From NCBI GenBank assembly GCA_023261845.1, contig JALNJZ010000001.1, positions 64,001 to 128,000 on the forward strand: a stretch of 64,000 nt of DNA, read 5' to 3'. This DNA comes from Candidatus Terraquivivens tengchongensis (GTDB taxonomy: Archaea; Thermoproteota; Nitrososphaeria_A; Caldarchaeales; Wolframiiraptoraceae). Positions within the stretch are counted from its first letter, which is position 1; each line of letters opens with the position of its first letter. The notes under the pieces are model-generated. The model searched no databases and was not told the origin of the DNA. It was given only the letters and a program-made list of their open reading frames with translations. A program made the translations under genes and the position numbers. Below, piece by piece: positions 61,346 through 64,000 of the stretch.

Positions 61346-62563
61346 TTGTCGGAAGAGAGGCGTAAGGTTTTCGAGTTCAAGATTCCCTTTATAATCCTAA
61401 GGTCGAGAAGGGTTACTGGGCTCTTCACTTGGGCAGCTAGGAGAAAATTCCTTAGCCCGCTGGGCTGGGTCATGGTAGCACTCCTTCCAGTATCTTCAGC
61501 CATAGGAATATTCCTGATAGTGAATTCGGTATCAGCCATTCTGGTCTCGCCGGAAGTAAGGGAGGCTGGAAGGCAGATGGGTGCTCAAGCCTACCTCTTG
61601 ATACCAGGCATAAACCCTTACCTGCCGATAGTTTACGGCTGGATAGGAATTGTCGTGGCGATAATCATCCATGAATTCTCGCACGGGATAATGGCAAGCC
61701 AGCTAGGCTTTAGGGTGAAGTCCAGCGGCATGCTGTTGTTCCTTGGCATTCCCGTAGGCGCCTTTGTCGAAGTTGACGAGCAACAGCTGAAGGGTGCGAG
61801 CTTGAGAAAGTCTGCAAGGGTACTCGCAGCAGGACCTAGCATGAACGTAGCCTTCGCCGTTGCATGCCTTCTCGCATTACTCGTGCTCGTCTCCGGCCTA
61901 TCACCTTCTTTGGATGGTCTCTACGTTTCAAGTGTCGAGGAGGGGATGCCGGCCCAGCAAGCAGGGATATCTGAGGGCGATGTCATAGTATCCGTGAACG
62001 GCAAGCAGGTGCTCACGGTAGACGCCTTGAAGCAGGCCCTGGACAATCCGCCTCCCGATGGCAAGTTGGTCTTAGAGATCAGGAAAGGAGATGGATGGAA
62101 GGATAGCATGACGGTAGAGTTGGTACCCGTTGAGACAAAAGAAGGTCTGAGGATCGGCGTGTACGTCGTGGAACTAAGGACCACGAGCATCCTCGAGAAC
62201 TACAGGAGGCTGGCCTATTCGTCACCAATCCTGCACTTCATCCCGCCAACGATGGGCAGCGCACAGAATTTCGTTCCATTCTCAGATGCGCTCCACGTCT
62301 TTTACCAGCACCCAATCGGTCCGGGCTATTACTATCTTGCCAACCTACTTTTCTGGCTCTGGTTCATAAACGTGAACGTCGGGATATTCAACTCACTTCC
62401 AATCTACCCGCTCGACGGAGGCCAAGTGCTCATGAATAGTTTAAGGACCTTCGCCGGAGGCAGGCTGACAGAATCTGTCATCAGAGGCATAACGGGAGCA
62501 ATCTCGGCGATGCTTGTGATACTTGTCATTTCTATTGTCTTTTTACCTTTCCTGATAAGGTGA
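61346..62563 (+). CDS. Site-2 protease (M50) with PDZ domain
   Basis: HEFSH, GAFVE, AAGP..N, PDZ PA..AG..GD.I..VNG, FNSLPIYPLDGG. Confidence 0.92.
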   Translation: MSEERRKVFEFKIPFIILRSRRVTGLFTWAARRKFLSPLGWVMVALLPVSSAIGIFLIVNSVSAILVSPEVREAGRQMGAQAYLLIPGINPYLPIVYGWIGIVVAIIIHEFSHGIMASQLGFRVKSSGMLLFLGIPVGAFVEVDEQQLKGASLRKSARVLAAGPSMNVAFAVACLLALLVLVSGLSPSLDGLYVSSVEEGMPAQQAGISEGDVIVSVNGKQVLTVDALKQALDNPPPDGKLVLEIRKGDGWKDSMTVELVPVETKEGLRIGVYVVELRTTSILENYRRLAYSSPILHFIPPTMGSAQNFVPFSDALHVFYQHPIGPGYYYLANLLFWLWFINVNVGIFNSLPIYPLDGGQVLMNSLRTFAGGRLTESVIRGITGAISAMLVILVISIVFLPFLIR

Positions 62564-62607
62564 AGCTAAATAAATGAAGCATGTAACCCAAAATCGTTGG
62601 GATTGAT

Positions 62608-62695
62608 GCCGGGGTAGCCTAGCTGGTAAGGCGCAGGCCTGGAGAGCCTGTGGCCCTTTCGGGCCTCGTGGGTTCGAATCCCACCCCCGGCGCCA
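62608..62695 (+). tRNA. tRNA-Ser(GGA), CCA encoded
   Basis: GCCGGGG...CCCCGGC-G-CCA, long variable arm, anticodon GGA. Confidence 0.95.
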
Positions 62696-62723
62696 TTATA
62701 TAGAATAGAACCTCATCTAGAGG

Positions 62724-63617
62724 CTACGATTGTTCCTCGCTTTCAGGCTCGATGTGTATCACGATATCAACGTTGCTAAGTCTCTGCTTTAGCTTGCTTT
62801 CTGCCTCGTCGCAAATCCTATGGGCTTCCTCAACCGTTAGATTTCTATCAACCTCTAGGTGCACATCTGCGAAGATTTTCTTTCCAGCCTGCCTAATGCG
62901 GAGGCTGTGAATTCCTCTCACACCATCCACACCCACGAGCGTATTTTCGAGGGCTTTCATCACTTCCTCTGGAGGGGTTTCAGCGATTATGGATGCCCTC
63001 AACTCGCGGAACGTTTGGACGACGAAAAAGGCAATCAATACGATTAATACGAATGTTGCCACGACATCATATAACGCTGATACATAAACCCCTAACGAGA
63101 CGCCAGAAAGCGTCAACAAACCCTCTACCACGTCCAGGCTTATATGCCGCGCCTCAACGCTAGCTATGGTGCTCTCCCGTCCAAAGAGTCTGAGAAGTGT
63201 GCTCATACTCACGTTAAGCACTAAAGAAGCGATAGCAAAAGGCACACCTATTGGGTCGATAGGTTCTATGAAGCCATGTCTAAGTTTGTCAATAGCAATG
63301 AATGCGATAAATGAAAATGTGAAAATCATCAACATAAGTATCAGTAAGGAGCCGTAGACTTCGAGAAGTGAGTGTCCATACTGATGCCTAGAGTCTGGGG
63401 GCTTCTCTGCCTTAGACTTAAACGTGTATGCTATAGCCCCGCTGGCGACGTTGAGTAGCGAGTCGCTACCGTCAGCGAGTAGGGCCGTGCTCCCAGACAG
63501 CACGCCACCGGCGATCTTTAACCCGCAAATAGCAGCGTTTCCAAAGGTCGACACCAGCAAGACCTTGTGAATTGGGCTTCGCTTTCTCATTCTCACATGG
63601 ACGCCGTTAGAGATCAT
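62724..63617 (-). CDS. Cation diffusion facilitator (FieF-like) transporter
   Basis: SGS.ALLAD..DS, PPD..H.YGH, H...D, C-terminal H.EV..EAH, IHIEP. Confidence 0.92.
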   Translation of the reverse strand: MISNGVHVRMRKRSPIHKVLLVSTFGNAAICGLKIAGGVLSGSTALLADGSDSLLNVASGAIAYTFKSKAEKPPDSRHQYGHSLLEVYGSLLILMLMIFTFSFIAFIAIDKLRHGFIEPIDPIGVPFAIASLVLNVSMSTLLRLFGRESTIASVEARHISLDVVEGLLTLSGVSLGVYVSALYDVVATFVLIVLIAFFVVQTFRELRASIIAETPPEEVMKALENTLVGVDGVRGIHSLRIRQAGKKIFADVHLEVDRNLTVEEAHRICDEAESKLKQRLSNVDIVIHIEPESEEQS

Positions 63618-63676
63618 GGGGACGATATAGGTCTTTTTTCGGCGGTTTTGTCTTTCATCATTAGCACGTAGCTTAT

Positions 63677-64000
63677 TCAGGTTATTAGGCCCAGCTCTCT
63701 TAGTGCGTCCTTGACCTTCTGGCCCGGCCTAACTATCAGTGTTTTTATTCCAAATTGCTGTAACGCGGCTGATGCTCCTGGACCCATCTCGCTCAATATT
63801 ACTGCATCCACGTTTTTGTTCGCTAATGTTTTTGCGATCGTCAGTCCTCTTTTATGTGTTAGAGCTTCTGCTGGGTTACTTATGACCTCAAACGTTTTGA
63901 CCTTACCGTCTTCTATCTCAATTATCGTAAACGACTTCGTGTGTCCAAAGTGAGGGGAAACAACATCTTCTAGACCTTTATCTCTGACGGTGGCTACTGC
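63677..64000 (-). CDS. NifB/NifX-family (FeMo-cofactor-binding fold) protein, 5'-truncated; absent from ORF track
   Basis: Hand translation AVATVRDKGLEDVVSPHFGHTKSFTII...NP...G...VDAVI..EMGPGA...GI. Confidence 0.85.
   Translation of the reverse strand, partial: AVATVRDKGLEDVVSPHFGHTKSFTIIEIEDGKVKTFEVISNPAEALTHKRGLTIAKTLANKNVDAVILSEMGPGASAALQQFGIKTLIVRPGQKVKDALRELGLIT

Overview
A compact, mostly housekeeping 64 kb window from a thermophilic TACK-type archaeon. L13e and S25e, an Orc1-2-type Cdc6, a GC-rich 16S rRNA and many TTG/GTG starts support this. A Caldarchaeales/'Aigarchaeota'-like host is my inference and is not verified. Contents: the rad50 C-terminus; a liv ABC system; a tungsten module (ModE-wHTH/PBP regulator, ModE-box-like operator, tupABC, AOR); a cdc6/RFC cluster split by a decaying dpp operon with four reading-frame lesions; a stand-alone 16S rRNA gene with a perfect BHB processing stem and a 33-nt BHB mini-intron at about E. 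coli position 978; four tRNAs; a second AEP primase-polymerase fused to an unknown domain; an AT-rich islet with a GT2 gene frameshifted at a G7 tract; translation and tRNA-modification genes; and divergent kor and por operons flanking two unknown Cys-rich genes. No CRISPR array, integrase or transposase was seen. All calls come from manual motif recognition; no database searches were run.
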